The notes under the pieces were generated by a model. That model worked only from the letters and a program-made list of their open reading frames with translations. It ran no database searches and had not been told where the DNA came from. This document shows, one piece after another, positions 13,600 through 30,866 of a stretch of DNA of 64,000 bases. Origin of the DNA: the human T2T-CHM13v2.0 reference genome, Homo sapiens; the NCBI RefSeq assembly GCF_009914755.1, contig NC_060945.1, one strand, 5' to 3'. Position numbers and translations under genes: made by a program. Numbering within the stretch: position 1 is the stretch's first letter; each line of letters begins with the position of its first letter.

Positions 13600-14520
13600 T
13601 CTGCTTCGGGACTCTGCATATTTGCTCTTTGTTGTCACACAGACTTCTCAAATTCAACATATTTAAAGCTGAAATCATCATATGCCACCCAAACTACATT
13701 CCTAATGACTCCTCTTCTGATGTGCCTTACCTTGATTATTGCTACCACCCTTCCACCACCTTTTCTGAGCCAAGATCTGAGAATGGTGTATAATTCTCTC
13801 TCAACCTACCAGCCCATAAGTCACCATACATAGCTATATGTCTATGTGTACATACATACATATAGATTTGTAATGTCTATCTCTATCAATCGTCTATTTA
13901 CCTGTTTATGTTTATATTGCTCTTTCATAAAATTCAATTGAGTTCCATCCTCTCATCTCTACCACTTCTGCCACTTGCTGAGCTCTGGCCATTTTTTTGA
14001 TCTGACTACTCAATCAACCTCCTGTATCGCTCCCTCCAGTTCATTCTACCATCCCTTACTGATTTTTTTCTGAAAGTCTTCCCTTACTACTTTTTATATG
14101 CATCTATCCTTCTCCCCACTTTGAGCTTTCCACATATAAAGGAGCTTCTTGTAATACTTGAATGTACTCTTCCCTTCCATGTCACCCATATGTTGTATAT
14201 TCATTGTTTTTTTTCTCTGAAATTGTCCCAATACTTTACTTATTCCAGTTAACTACTGTGTGCCCTTCAAATTTTACCTAAGCTACAGTTTCATCTCAAA
14301 TGAGTTTTTAAGCCTCTCATTTCAGGTGACTGTTTTCTATCTCCATAGTGTCGTGAATGCCGTGTCAGTATTATTACTCTGTATCTATTGTTTTTATTTT
14401 CTGCCTCTTTCACAAGGCTATAACTGTATTTAAAAGAAGGATTATGTTCTTTATCTAAATCTCTGGTATACAGCATGGTGTCTGGCTCATGATCTGTGCT
14501 CAACATATGTAGATAAAGGA
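13600..14520 (+). mobile_element. L2 fragment(s)
   Basis: cttctcaaattcaacatatttaaagctgaaatc ... cagcatggtgtctggctcatgatctgtgctcaacatatgt. Confidence 0.65.
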
Positions 14521-14624
14521 GAAATAGCCATGCAACCAAGAACATTGGCTTCTATTTGAAGAAATGTTGTGGCTGGAAAAAGGCGACGTAAAAATAATTG
14601 GCACATAAACCTTTGCTTCAGGTT

Positions 14625-15430
14625 CTGCTTCCTGTATGTCAGGAAATGTTCTCGGTGTTTTTTCATGTATAAATGCATTTGATCAGTGCAGCCATCCCAA
14701 GAGATAAGTTCTATTATTACCCATTTCCATATTAGGAAGCTGAAGTGCAAAGAAGTTAACTTACCTAAGATCATGCATTTTCTTAGCCTGGGTTCCTCTG
14801 AAAGCTGAGTCTGTGGCAAAGGTTTATGTGCTAAAATAGTGTTAGAATAAGGAAAGCCAGGGAAGCAGGGGTTAAGGAAAAAAAAATTGGAACTGGAAAG
14901 AAGAGATTCAATATGAGGCAGCATTACTGAGCTGATCAGCACCTGGTGTCTAGTGCAAATGATGGGGATCTTTCTGGAACATCTTTTGACAGGCCTTGTA
15001 ATGAATACATCTCAAGACTACCCATCGAAGGAGAGGAAAGGGGAAGAATGATCCATAGATTCATGTGTCCCATAGGTCAAATGTTTTTCTCATATTTATT
15101 TTTGGATCATGCAAGCACAGTTGTGTTTAGGATCTCCTGGCACTTTGTTTTATCATCAACAGGGATGCACCAAAGAAAGGGGCACAGGGTGTAATGCAGG
15201 AGAATGATACAAGGTAGAGTTGATTTGCCTCGTTCTGAAGTCATTTGAAGCCCGTGCATAGCACATTGTGGCAGCAATGGTTTAGATGAAATGGCAGCCA
15301 AAAGCCCTGCAGAAGTTCTGGCTGAAAGGATCTGCAGAGATGCATTAGGAAAGTCTGATATGTCCATCTAATAAATGGTGAAACCCTAATTCAAATGCTA
15401 GAAGTCTGACTCCAGATCCCGTAGTCAGCG
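14625..15430 (-). mobile_element. MIR split by an LTR (pieces ~14625-14777 and ~15369-15430)
   Basis: attattacccatttccatattaggaagctgaag...cctaagatcat resumes as aaatggtgaaaccctaattcaaa...gtctgactccaga. Confidence 0.7.
14778..15368. mobile_element. ERVL-class solo LTR (LTR33/LTR16-like)
   Basis: Starts tcttagcctgggttcctctgaaagctgagtctg; interrupts the MIR cleanly. Confidence 0.5.
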
Positions 15431-17651
15431 ACACTCTTTAGCCAGGACAGAAGAGGCCGTTGCCCAGTGCTTTGGCTGGCCATGTATCACAAAGACACAC
15501 AAAAAATAAAATTATTGAAGAATACGTGGATACCTCTGTTTCTAGCAAAACAACACTTTCAAGCCAATATAGTCTTTCTCTTGACTGTATACTGCTTAGG
15601 CCTCAGAGAAATGCTTCTCCACATCTCTTTTTCTGTCCCATACATCCAATGCCAGCACTGAGATTCATGGGGTTGCTGACATGAAGATGGACACGACTCA
15701 GATTATGAAGAGGATGTGAACAGCTGAAGCACTTAAGTAAAAGACAAAGGAACTTGTCAAACTCTTCTTTCGGATAGAATGACTACAAGAAATTATTACC
15801 TAACAAAATGTCATTTCTCAGCGTTCCAATTCGTAGTTTAGAGGTATTCATGGAGAAGCATGATATTCTCAATAGTTGTATATAAAGTGTAAGGGATATT
15901 TTGATGATTCTAGTTCTCTACATGGCCATCTGGATTACTACTGAATGTTCTGAATATGAGTAGTTTTATTTTTATAAAATTATTAGGATTCAATTAAAAT
16001 TTTTACATAAACACTCAGCTGTATTATATAACCTAATTTAAAATTTTCCTATACATCTATTATAATTTGTATTCTGTTCCTCAATTTTAGTAGATAATAC
16101 TGAATCTGTTAGAGGAAAAATTACTTCTGAAGCACATATAAGATAAAATTTTATTTTATTTTTACATTTAACTTAATGCATATTTCTTGATAAAAATGAA
16201 CTCTTGTGACCTCTGAATGTAATTCAATGCTATTATTTTAGTTCTTTACATCTTTAGATGGCATTAGAACACAAATTATGCAAAAAGCTTGATAATAGTA
16301 CAATTCATGATTTTGCAGAAACAAAGGCACAAATAAGTTCGTGGAATCCACATATAATAATTTGTTAATTGTATGTGCTTATGGAATATCTCTGCAGACC
16401 TCATAGCCATCAACAAAGTACCAGCCACGTGCAATAACAATAGAATTTAGTAACCTCTGGCATTTGGCTGACTCAGTCATTCAAAAAACATAAAGATATT
16501 TTCTAGTTTGTTATTACTCGGGTGTATATAACACATTTTATTTTAACAGTTGGTTAGCTAGAAATATAACTTTTCCATATTTAGATATAATGTATGTGTG
16601 TCTCTATTTGTACACTTGCCCCACAAATATTAGGAGTAGCTTTGCCCACGTTTACAATAAATGGCTGTGCTCTGCTCCACCGTACTTCACTTTACCCTCT
16701 TCCACTCTGCAGAGTACACGCTTCTCTCTGTTCTGCTCCACATCTCTACCACCCTGCCTCCTGATCGTCTCATGGATTGATTCCATGGAGCAACTTATTC
16801 CAGTTAAGCAATGGATACTAAACTGACAATACTAAGGTATTGTCGTAGCTCACTTAAACTGTACTATGTTTAAGTGTCTATATACAAATATGAAAACAGT
16901 TACAGGTGACAAAAACTAAATTTTCCAAGCTACAGTACAGTACATCATAATGCTTTGAGTTCTTGAGGAAAGCACTATTCAAATATCAGCTCCCTCCTCC
17001 AGCCTTTCGCAGGATTTCATTTAAGTCATCTTATTTCATTGTTCTTCCTTGTTTTGTTCTTCCCTTACTGACGTAGTAACTCAGGTAAGTTCCTTGATAC
17101 TATAAATTTCATAACGCATTTGCTTATTATTTCATTTTTGTTTATGACCAAATGCATTCTAGACTTTTAAAAATTTTATTGAGTAGTGCTGAAAATATTT
17201 CTAAAGGATTGTAGTTTTCTCATTTTATATATTCTCTTTAAAACGAATTTCCAATAAGGAGCTTCTGGGGAGGGAAAAGGTAATAAAGTGTTGGATCATT
17301 TTTTACCTTAACTGCTATTTCATCTCTACTTTCTCTGTTGACGTCACAGACATTGGGCAGTACTTTTAAAAGAGAAACTGTTGGCTTGACACTTAGATAT
17401 TGTTTTTATTTTTTTAACCTCATAATCACAATTTTGGCATGTTATACTCCATAAAAATCAGATTATTATAAAATGTTCCATTCTTCATCTCCCTGGGTGG
17501 GCCACAGAGGAAGATATGGCTGCTATAGAGCTACCTTGAAGGAGTACCCTTACAGTAATATGCTCATTTAAAACCACAGAGTAATTTAAACATGGTTTTG
17601 TTTTTCCTTACAACCATATTCTCCAACTTCTTCATAGAAATCTCCCATGAT

Positions 17652-18099
<448 letters not shown>

Positions 18100-19537
18100 T
18101 CAAAAGCTCTATTTCCACTTATATGTTATCTAGTTCTCTTAATATGTTCTCCATTAAATTCAGAAATATAGAATGAAATCCTCAATATATTTCCTGAAGT
18201 TTAGTAGAGTTTAGGTCCATCATACGAGATAGCAAAGCTATCCATCAGATAAGCATTTTTAAAATAATTCAAGTAGTCACTCAAGTATCCATGCCAATCA
18301 AACAAAAAATTGGCATAAATAATTAAATATTTATAAATAACCTGCTTTGCTTTTTGTGGCAACACAGATGTATTATTTGATGCTAAATCCTCACATGGGA
18401 GGAAAATCAGATGTCCAGGCATGACAGACTTCTCAGTATCAAGCAGCTCTATGTCTCAGAAATATGTTCTTAACCTTACTTGACCCAGCTGGAAGCAGGA
18501 CAGCAGCTGAGAGGAAAAGCACAGTGGTGAGGGCAGAAAAATCTCCTACCCTTCTGGCTGAGTTAGTTCTACAATGTATATTTTCTACTACAATTATCTG
18601 AAAGTTGAGTAAGAAGTCATGACATCCAGAAAACATATCTCTTATAAAATCCTCTTTGGTCCAGAGACCTATACAGATTTCTTGCTCCAAGACTGCTTGA
18701 TGTTCATGATCATGACAATTGGTGATACTCACTTGACCTCCTCAAACTACAAATATCCAGGATATCTGGCCCTAAAGTAGGAACTTTTCAAAGCAAATTA
18801 ATAATTTCTGTGGAAAATGTTAGGGTATTAAAAATGTAATGTGTGTATGTGTTGTTGCTTCTGATGCTCTATACATCTCATTTATTTAGAGGTGGTAAAG
18901 TGCCTTAACCTCTAATGTTAATAATATGTACCTTAAATAGCTATTATTGCAGTTATCTAAAATGACCCTTTTATCTGTAGGAAAAATGACTGCAGACAAA
19001 TGGGTTATGGTTATATATTTTAGCAACAGGTTGCTCTTTACAGAAACATGTTTTCGAGAGCTGGCAATCTCCTACTAAGATCAAATAGCTTTTAAAGTCA
19101 AGTGGTGAAATTAAATGACTGTGAAATATTTGGAATGCAAGTTGCTGCTTAGAAATGTACAAATGAGAATACTTTAGAAGATACTAGCTAAAATCAAAAT
19201 GTTTTACTGAACACAGAAGTAAAAGGGTAGGCAACGTAAAGTGCAAAGCACTTGAAGCAATATGCCTCTACAGCCAAAGAGTAGATTTATTTATGAGAAA
19301 TTTGTGGAACGATATGACAATTTACTCAACTGTGGGGAGATTACTTGTGCTGTAGTTTTCAATATATGATAAATTCAAAATATTTTCTAATCCAGAATAT
19401 ATGGAACATCTCAGAATCCGTAGCTATTCCATTAAATGTCATGAGTTTTGGCTATATTGAAATGTTTTTACTGTCCTCTTCTCTACCTCTATGATTTCCA
19501 CACAGAAACTCCTCTGCTTTTACGCCTTTCCCCTCCA

Positions 19538-19842
19538 TTTTTTTTTTTTTTTTTTTTTTTAGATGGAGTCTCGCTCTTTCGCCCAGGCTGGAGTGCCGTG
19601 GTGCAATCTCAGCTCACTGCAAGCTCACCTCCCGGATTCACGCCATTCTCCTGCCTCAGCCTCCCGAGTAGCTGCGACTACAGGCGCCAGCCATCACGCC
19701 CAGCTAATTTTTTGCATTTTTTTTAGTAGAGACGGGGTTTCACCGTGTTAGCCAGGACGGTCTCGATCTCCTGACCTCGTGATCCGCCCGCCTCAGCCTC
19801 CCAAAGTGCTGGGGTTACCTGCGTGAGCCACCGCACCCGGCC
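19538..19842 (-). mobile_element. AluY
   Basis: T23 then reverse Alu with Y diagnostics (gcaagctc, ttcacgccattc, accgtgttagccagga); TSD-like ccctcc(a/t)tt either side. Confidence 0.93.
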
Positions 19843-19848
19843 CCCTCC

Positions 19849-21760
<1,912 letters not shown>

Positions 21761-21992
21761 AATGAGAACACATGGACACAGGAAGGGGAACATCACACAC
21801 CAGGGCCTGTTGTGGGGTGGGGGGAGGGGGGAGGGATAGCATTAGGAGATATACCTAATGTTAAATAACAAGTTAATGGGTGCAGCACACCAACATGGCA
21901 CATGTATACATATGTAACTAACCTGCACGTTGTGCACATGTACCCTAAAACTTAAAGTATAATAATAAAAAAAAAGAAAAAAGAAAAGAAAA
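21761..21992 (+). mobile_element. Short L1PA3/4-like 3'UTR fragment with A-rich tail, head-to-head with the preceding L1
   Basis: aatgagaacacatggacacaggaagggg...aaagtataataataaaaaaaaagaaaaaagaaaag. Confidence 0.93.
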
Positions 21993-24900
21993 TAAAAGAC
22001 ACAGACTGGCTAATTGGATAAAGAGTCAAGACCCATCAGTGTGTTGTATTCAGGAGACCTATCTCATGTGCAAAGACACACATAGGCTCAAAATAAAGGG
22101 ATGGAGGAATATTTACCAAGCAAATGGAAAAAAAGCAGGGGTTGCAATCCTAGTCTCTGATAAAACAGACTGTAAACCAACAAAGATAAAAAAAGACAAA
22201 GAATGGCATTACATAGTGGTAAAGGGATCAATGCAACAAGAAGAGCTAACTATTCTAAATATATATGCACCCCATACAAGAGCACCCAGATTCACAAAGC
22301 AAGTTCTTAGAGACCTACAAAGAGACTTAGACTCCCACACAGTAATAGTGGGAGAATTTAACACCCTGCTGTCAATATTAGACAGATTGATGAGACAGAA
22401 AATTAACAAGGATATTCAAGACTAGAACTCAGCTCTGGACCAAGCAGACTTAATAGATATCTACAGAACTCTCTACCCCAATTCAACAGAATATACATTC
22501 TTCTCAGCATCACATTGCACTTATTCTAAAATTGATCACATATATGTTAGTAAAACACTCCTAAGCAAATCCAAAAGAATGGAAATCATAAAAAAACAGT
22601 CCCTCAGACCACAGTGCAATCCAATTAGAACTCAGGATTAAGAAACTCACTCAAACCTGCACAACTACATGGAAACTGAACAACCTCCTCCTGAATGACT
22701 ACTGGGTAAATAATGAAATTAAGGTAGAAATAAATAAGTTCTTTGAAACCAACAAGAACAAAGACACAATGTACCAGAATCTCTGGAACACAGCTAATGC
22801 AGTGTTTAGAGGGAAATTTATAGCACTAAACACCCACAGGAGAAAGCTGGGAAGACCTAAAATTGACACCATAACATCACAATTAAAAACACTGGAGAAA
22901 CAAGAGCAAACAAATTCAGAGGCTATCAGAAGACAAGAAATAACTAAGATCAGAGCAGAACTGAAGGAGATAGAGACATGAAAAACCAAAGAATCCAGGA
23001 GTTGGTTTTTTGAAAAGACTAACAAAATATATAGACCACCAGCTAGATGAATAAAGAAGAAAAGAGAGAAGAATCAAATAGCCACAATAAAAAATGATGA
23101 AGGGGATATCACCACTGATCTCACAGAAATACAAACTACCATCAGACAATACTATAAACACAGAATACAAATAATCCAGAAAATCTAGAAGAAATGGATA
23201 AATTCCTGGTCACATACACCCTCCCAAGACTAAATCAGGAAGAAGTCAAATCCCTCAATAGACCAATAACAAGTTCTGAAATTGAGGCAATAATTAATAG
23301 CCTACCAACCAAAAAAAGCCCAGGACCAGACAGATTCACAGCCAAATTCTAACAGAAGTACAAAGAGGAGCTGGTACCATTCCTTCTGAAACTATTACAA
23401 ACAACAGAAAAAGAGGGACTCTTGCCTAACTCATTTTATGATACCAAAACCTGGCAGAGACACAACAAAAAATGAAAATTTAAGGCCAATATCCCTGATG
23501 AACATTGATGAGAAAATCCTCAATAAAATACTGGCAAACCAAATCCAGCAGCACATCAGAAAGCTTATCGACCACAATCAAGTCAATTTCATCCCTGGAA
23601 TGCAAGGCTGTTTAAACATATACAAATCAATAAATGTAATCCATCACATAAACAGAACCAATGACAAAAACTACATGATTACCTCAACAGAGGCAGAAAA
23701 GGCCTTTGATAAAATTCAACACCCTTCATGCTAAAAACTCTCAATATACTAAGTATTGATGGAATGTATCTCAAAATAGTAAGATCTATTTATGACAAAC
23801 CCACAGCCAATATTATACTGAATGTGCAAAAGCTGGAAGCATTCCCTTTGAAAACCAGCACAAGACAAGGATGCCATCTCTCATCACTCCTATTCAACAT
23901 AGTATTGGAAGTTCTGGCCAGGGCAATCAGGCAGGAGAAAGAAATAAAGGGTATTCAAATAGGAAGAGAGGAAGTCAAATTGTTTCTGTTTGCAGATGAT
24001 GTGATTGTATATTTAGAAAATGCCATCATCTCAGCTCAAAATCTCCTTAAGCTGATAAGCAACTTCAGCAAAGTCTCAGTGCACACATGATACAAAATCA
24101 ATGTGTGAAAATCACAAGCATTCCTATACACCAATAATAGACAGAGAGCCAAATCATGAGTGAACTCCCACTCACAATTGCTACAAAGAGAATTAAATAC
24201 CTAGGAATACGACTTAAAGGGATGTGAAGGGCCTCTTCAAGGAGAACTATAAACCACTGCTGAAGGAAATAAGAGAGGACACAAACAAATGGAAAAACAT
24301 TCCATGCTCATGGATAGGAAGAATAAATATTATAAAAATGGCCATACTGCCCAAAGTAATTTATATGTTCAATGCTATTCCCATCAAGCTACCATTGACT
24401 TTCTTCACAGAATTACTTTAAATTTCATATGGAACCAAAAAAAGAGCCTGTATAGCCAAGACAATTCTAAGCAAAAAGAACAAAGCTGGAGGCATCATGC
24501 TACTTGATTTCAAACTATACTACAAGGCTACAGCAATCAAAACAGCATGGTACTGGTACCAAAATAGATATATAGACCAATGGAACATAACAGAGGCCTC
24601 AGAAATAAAGCCACACATCTACAACCATCTGATCTTTGATAAACCTGACAAAAACAAGCAATGGGGAAAGGATTCCTTTTTTAATAAGTGGTATTGAGAA
24701 AACTAGCTAGCTATATGCAGAAAACTGAAACTTGACCACTTCCTCACACCTCATACAAAAGTTAATTCAAGATGAATTAAAGGTTTAAACATAAGACCTA
24801 AAGCCATAAAAACCCTAGAAGAAAACCTAGGCATATCATTCAGGACATAGGCATGAGCAAAGACTTCATGACTAAAACACCAAAAGCAATGGTAAGAAAA

Positions 24901-25915
24901 GCCATAATTGACTAATGGAATCTAATTGAACTAAAGAGCTTCTGAACAGCAAAAGAAACTATCATCAGAGTGAACAGGTAACCTAGAGAATGGGAGAAAT
25001 TTTTTGCAATTTATCCATCTGACAAAGGGCTAATATTCAGAATCTACACAGAACTTAAACAAATTTACAATTAAAAAAACCATCAAAAAGTGGACAAAGG
25101 ACATGAACAGTCACTTCTCAAAAGAAGACATCTATGCAGCCAACAAACATATGAAAAAAAGCTCATCATCACTGGTCATTAGAGAAATGCATATCAAAAC
25201 CACGGTGAGATACCATCTCATGTCAGTTAGAATGGTGATCATTCAAAAGTCAGGAAACCACGGATGCTGGAGAGGATGTGGCAAAATAGGAACAATTTTA
25301 CACCGTTGGTGGGAGTGTAAATTAGTTCAAACTTTGTGGAAGACAATGTGGCGTTTCCTCAAGGATCTACAACCAGAAATACCATTTGACCCAGCAATCC
25401 CATTACTGGGTATATACCCAAAGGATTATAAATCATTCTACTATAAAGACACACGCACATGTATGTTTATTGTAGCACTGTTCATAATAGCAAAGACTTG
25501 GAACCAACCCAAATGCCCATCAATGACTGGATAAAGAAAATGTGGCATATATACACCACAGAATATTATGCAGCCATAAAAAATGATGAGTTCATGTCCT
25601 TTGCAGGGACATGGATGAAGCTGGAAACCATTATTCTCAACAAACTAACACAGGAGTAGAAAGTCAAACACGCATGTTCTCACTCATAAGTGGGAGTTGA
25701 ACAATGAAAATACATGGACACAGGGAGGGGAACCTCACACACTGAGGCCTGTCGAAGGAGTGGGGGTAAAGGAGAGGGAGAGCATTAGGACAAATACCTA
25801 ATGTAGATGACGGGTTGATGGGTGCAGCAAACCACCATGGTATGTGTATACCTATGTAACAAACCTGCACATTCTGTGCACGTATCCCAGAAATTAAACT
25901 ATATATATAAAAAAA
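21993..25915 (+). mobile_element. L1PA7-like element: almost all of ORF2 (endonuclease to 3'UTR), multiply disrupted, 5' part missing
   Basis: ORF pieces 22039-22425 (EN: CCIQET, NIYAP), 23438-24090 (RT: RPISLMN, LFADD), 25103-25534 (C-terminus); 3'UTR ends ~25915. Confidence 0.95.
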
Positions 25916-26473
25916 GAATACATCAGAGCTTGTTATCAAGATAATGTAAAAGAAAGTATGGGCAAATGAAGAGTCTGCTACATACCTCAGTGTTACCTTA
26001 TTCAATGGCATCCTGACACTTTTCAACAAAGCCTTCGATGATAGGTTTTAATTGAGCATTCCAACTCCAGGAATAATGTTAGGGAATTTTAATACAAGTC
26101 ATCTACCCATAAGTGTTCAGCATGTTCACAGGATTTTTCTTGAATATTCCAATGTCTACAAGCACAGTAAGTAGCAAACTGGAAATGTGTGCTGATTTAC
26201 TTTGAGCAAAAAGAAAAGACAAAGTTTTCTCCATATAGCGATATCATGCTTCAAAAGAAAACACATTATTCTGATTCTTAAATCACTGCTATTTCTACCA
26301 GCACATCATGCTTTCCAGTATTACAACAATGATTTTCCTTACACGGTTATAAATATTAGAAATTTATCATATACTTTGCATTGTTGAATAAACAATGATA
26401 AAAACTCTTCACATTATTTCAGCTCTTCTCTTACAGTTTACAGATGTTTTTAAACAAATACAGAGTTGTAGAA

Positions 26474-26512
26474 ATAGATGATAGATAGATAGATAGACAG
26501 AAAGATAGATAT
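26474..26512. repeat. Short (GATA)n repeat
   Basis: atagatgatagatagatagatagacagaaagatagat. Confidence 0.8.
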
Positions 26513-27344
26513 ATAATTCTATATATAACTACTCCTACCCTTATTTATTTCTACTTTCATTCAGGAAAGAAAACTGAGAAAACTCAATAATCCATTTTGT
26601 AATGAGATGGTATTTTATACCAGGACAACTATATCAGTCACTCACTGGCTCTATTCTCTTTTGCATTCTGGTCTAGCCAGCATACCATTCCCAGACAAAT
26701 ATTTCCAAAACTCGGCTTTCATTGCTTAACCACCTGATGAAGAACCTGTAATGAACTCTTAATTCCTATCACATCCTGTGCACATACAATCAGCCTGAGT
26801 TCAGGTCTCTGTATACATATTACAGCCACAAGCATCTCACTATTCTAGAACGAACAGCACTCTTCCTAAAAGGATGACTCCTTCTTGGCCTTCTCCCTTT
26901 ACTTGTTATATTTATTTCCAGTTCTGTTATTTTGCTTTTACTGCCACCCCAAACCGGGGTGCTCTGTTTTTGATTTTGAGCTATTTAAATAAAACTATTA
27001 TTAATGACTCATCTTTTCCATGAAGACTTCTCTGAGTTTTCCTGGAAACAGGTGAGAGTAGCCATCTCTCTAGAGTGTAGCCTTCTCTTACAGTTGATCA
27101 TTTCATCATTGGCTAAGTTTCTCATGATGATCAGTTTTTTCTTTCCCAATTTATAATCACCTATTGGTAAGAACATGTCCAGCTAATGATTATGTGTTTT
27201 TTTGGGTGCCTGCTACTGGCTCTAGCAATTAGGAGGACCTCTATATGCATTTTGTTTTAATAAAGATCTGACTTATTTAAGAAAGAAATTAATAAGAATC
27301 TCTCTCTCTTTTTCACTTTTTCTGTCTCTTAATGAATTGCATAC

Positions 27345-27770
27345 ATTTTGGGGTCAGGCCGACAAAAGCTACTCATGTAGTTTCAGATTAGTTACTGACT
27401 AATTACTGAAACCCTTTAAGCTTGTTTCCCCTTATAGACAATAGAATAGAATCTACTCATGGTTTATCTAAGGAGTATTAATATAGTATATGTGAGGTCA
27501 TTAGCATTATTCCTGGCATATAGTAAGTACTTAATGGTATTTTTTCCAATTAAGGAGAGAGAATCAGTCTAGTGATTAAGAGAACAAAACCTAAGAAACA
27601 CACAAACCTGGCTTCAAATTCTAGCTCTATTATTTATTAATTTGCTAAGTTCTCTTAAACTTAGATTACTTATTTTTCTCATTTCCAAAATTGGTGATAC
27701 TTATTTTTCTCATTTCCAAAAGCTGAATAATATTTTCTGTAAAACTTTGGGAAGATTAAATAGGTAATAA
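27345..27770 (+). mobile_element. Two adjacent MIR relics (~27345-27535 and ~27560-27770)
   Basis: cctggcatatagtaagtacttaat 3' motif; aacctggcttcaaattctagctct 5' motif. Confidence 0.7.
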
Positions 27771-28281
27771 AGATGTGATCCATATGTCAACAAACATGAT
27801 GTGTGTGCACTGTGATCACTAAAAAAAAATCTAATGGAATAGTGGGAGAGGATATAACCATCTCCTGTCCCTGGAGGGAAACTCAGGCAGCTTCCCTGGC
27901 TTTTCCTCTTATTATTAGTTAAAAAGGAAAGGAAACCTAACTATTATTTTACACTGAAAACACACACTTGATTCAGTCATCAGAATGTTCAGTTAAATTT
28001 AATAGTGAAAACCCTAAATCTGACTGAACATGCATGTCACCCCTCAACCAGATGGTATCTGTTTCAGGCTGGGACTTACAATGGTGCAAGGGCTCTGCTC
28101 TTTCTCTTTACCTGCTCACAGTGTCTCCCAGTCCTCATCTGCACTTCTGGAGTAAAGTCGGGGAGAGCATGAAGAGAAATTGCCTGCGTGGCTTCATGCC
28201 TTCTGGTTTTAGCACATAGCTAAAGCTGGCAGTTCTTGGTGGAAGAGCCTTGCAGATGATTACAGATGATCTCAGGATTGC

Positions 28282-28646
28282 TGCTACAGACTGTTTGTAC
28301 ATTACCAAAATTCTATGCAGAATCCTAATCCCCCATGTGTTTGTATTTGAGATGGGGCCTTTGGGAGGTAATTAGGTTAAGATGAGGTCATGAGGGTAGA
28401 GGTCCCATGATGGGATTAGGATCCTTATAAAGGGACGAAGAGCTCAGAGCTTTCTCTCCACCCTGTGAGGAGGTAGTGTGAAGACAATTATCTGCAAACC
28501 AGAGAACGAGCCCTCACCAAAAGCCTGAAGATGCTGGCACCCTGATCTTTAACTTACAGCCCCCAGAACTGTGAGAAATAATCCTTTGTTGTTTAAGCTC
28601 CCCAGTCTATGACAGCTTGTTATAGTAGCCTGAACTGACTAGGACA
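28282..28646 (+). mobile_element. MLT1A/A0 MaLR solo LTR
   Basis: TG...CA ends; ggggcctttgggaggtaattagg, cagaactgtgagaaataa; 5-bp TSD attgc/gttgc. Confidence 0.88.
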
Positions 28647-29251
28647 GTTGCTTCAGGAAACTCTTTGAATGTTCTCTTTAGCCAATGTCTCTGGATCCCA
28701 GACAGATCCATCTCTATTCCAGGATCTCAAGATTCTTGCCTCAACTCCTACCCACAGGCTGAACATTTTTCCCCTGGGGTCTCCTTATGTCTTCAGCAGC
28801 CCCAAGATAGACCTTGGAAGACCTGAGATAATTCTATACCAATGCTCTCTTCCAGATGGCCCATAGCTGACTTATGCATTATCCCTCGTTCCATTAAACT
28901 AGATCACCTCCTTTTGATTTCCCTATTTTAGCCCTACTCTTAGCTCTAGACTTTCCAAGTATAAGTTAGATCTAAGCCATAGTCCATGATAGCTTTCTCA
29001 GTCATGACTATCAGTAATTTACACCCCCCTTAAGTTCTTATCTTTCATATAAAAGGGAGGAGGAATTGGGAGATACCTTCACACTTTTTTTCTCTCTAAA
29101 CCTTTTCTTAAACCCTTGATCTGACTGAAGATTCTAACATCCTGACATCTGTCCTGATATCGATCCTGTCCTACCTCAGTCAAAATTGAGGAGGAAGTTA
29201 TCCTTCTAATATCTTATTAGTATTTACAACACATAGAGAAAGGCTCAACAT

Positions 29252-29413
29252 GAGGACTGGCTACATAATTTGCTGGGTCCAGTGCAGAATGAATATTCAG
29301 GTCCTCTTGCTCACAAATTACTAAGAATTCCAATGACAGTAGCCGAGCGTTAAGCTGCTCGTTGCAGCATGGAATCCTGATGGCCCAGGTTACATGCCCA
29401 TGGAGTAGGCTCT
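29252..29413 (-). mobile_element. MER91A-like hAT-Tip100 MITE
   Basis: aggactggctacataatttgctgggtccagtgcagaatgaa matches the reverse complement of the MER91A end. Confidence 0.75.
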
Positions 29414-30866
29414 AGAAAACAGATGGTAGAAGTACTCATTGTTGTTAGTCCATCGTTGTTAGTCCCTTGGCCCACCTCCCACATGATACCACTTCTCTCC
29501 GATGTGCCTGAGTGACCTCAGCAGCACTGAGATTCTTACTAGTAATCCATTACCAAAGACTCCACTGTGGCTCATTTGTGCATGGTTCATAACTGATTTC
29601 ACGCTGAAACAAAAACCGGTCAATTTAGATCTGAGCAGATTTTCCCCAAATTAACTGGCCACTTCCCCGATAATGAAATAGGGCCTCATTAATATCCTTT
29701 GTAATTTTTTTTTCCAATTTCATTCAGTTGAAGAAAGCAAAAATATCTAGAAAAATGTGTAAAGACTACTACGTGTACCAGTAGCCTCTTTATTTTAGCT
29801 TTGAAAAAAAAAATACTCAAGTAATAAGACAAAAACAGAGTCTTATAGTCAGGAAGTTTGAGGATGAAAGTACAATGTGCAATTCATCAAATATCTAATG
29901 CGTGTCATTATTTCCATTAAGGTATTTTGTGTTGGGAGAAAATAAGACAGTTCTCGGAAAAGGGAGGTTTGTTTTTCTAATTCAATGGCACAGAATCTAA
30001 CATCCCTGAGCTAAGGTTCAGCAGGAGCTCATAGAGTCAGCGTTGAGATGCAGACACTGCAGATATCATCCATCTCTCTGACACACGCAGGGCCTCATTG
30101 TGTGGCTGCCAGACACAGTCCGCTGAGATGAGAATGTCACAGAATACAGAAAAGGAAGCAACGCTATTGGGCTCATTATTGCTCTTATCTATGAATAGCT
30201 CCATAAAAAGCAGCTCTGGAGAACATTGTTCTGAGATGAAGAAATGGAGGTTTGGTCCATGGCCATCACGATTAACATAGACAGTCAAGGAGTTAAGTGG
30301 ACAGTGCATGGGGAATGTGGGAACTCTACATGTTAGCCAGGGAGTGAGGGGACTATATCTTTTTCAGAGCAATATTTTTGGTGCAGGAGCTGACTCATCA
30401 GATTAGCAGCCTCTCAAGATTGATGATGTTTCTGCCTTGCCTATTCCTCTAATTCTAAACCAAAAGTGATAAAGAGTACCCAATACAGAAGACATCACTC
30501 AGTCATCACTGAGAAAAGCCATTAAAATGGCAGTGTGTGCATAGAGTTGGGCAGAGTACAGGTAGAGAAACACCCAGTTACAGTTCATGCCTGAGCCTTC
30601 CTCAGTGTTTAAAAAAGAAAACAGCAAAGAGAAGATTGTCACAAGTAATCTGGAACAGGCAGACCCTATAAGGACGAAGGGCTTTGTCTAGATAAACATA
30701 ACAAAACAGGGTAGCATACGGTCATTTATGTTCTATGACAAAGAAGAGGTTTGGGTCAGTTCCAAATGAGAAACTTTTGGGGTGAGGTCAAATGCACACC
30801 TTATTGTCTTTTACTGCCATATATGAGAATTACCTGGTTTAGTGTAACACTTTGGGATGCATAATT

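Noticed and set aside
29437-29464. 14-bp tandem duplication cat(t/c)gttgttagtc
   Set aside because: Routine slippage duplication.
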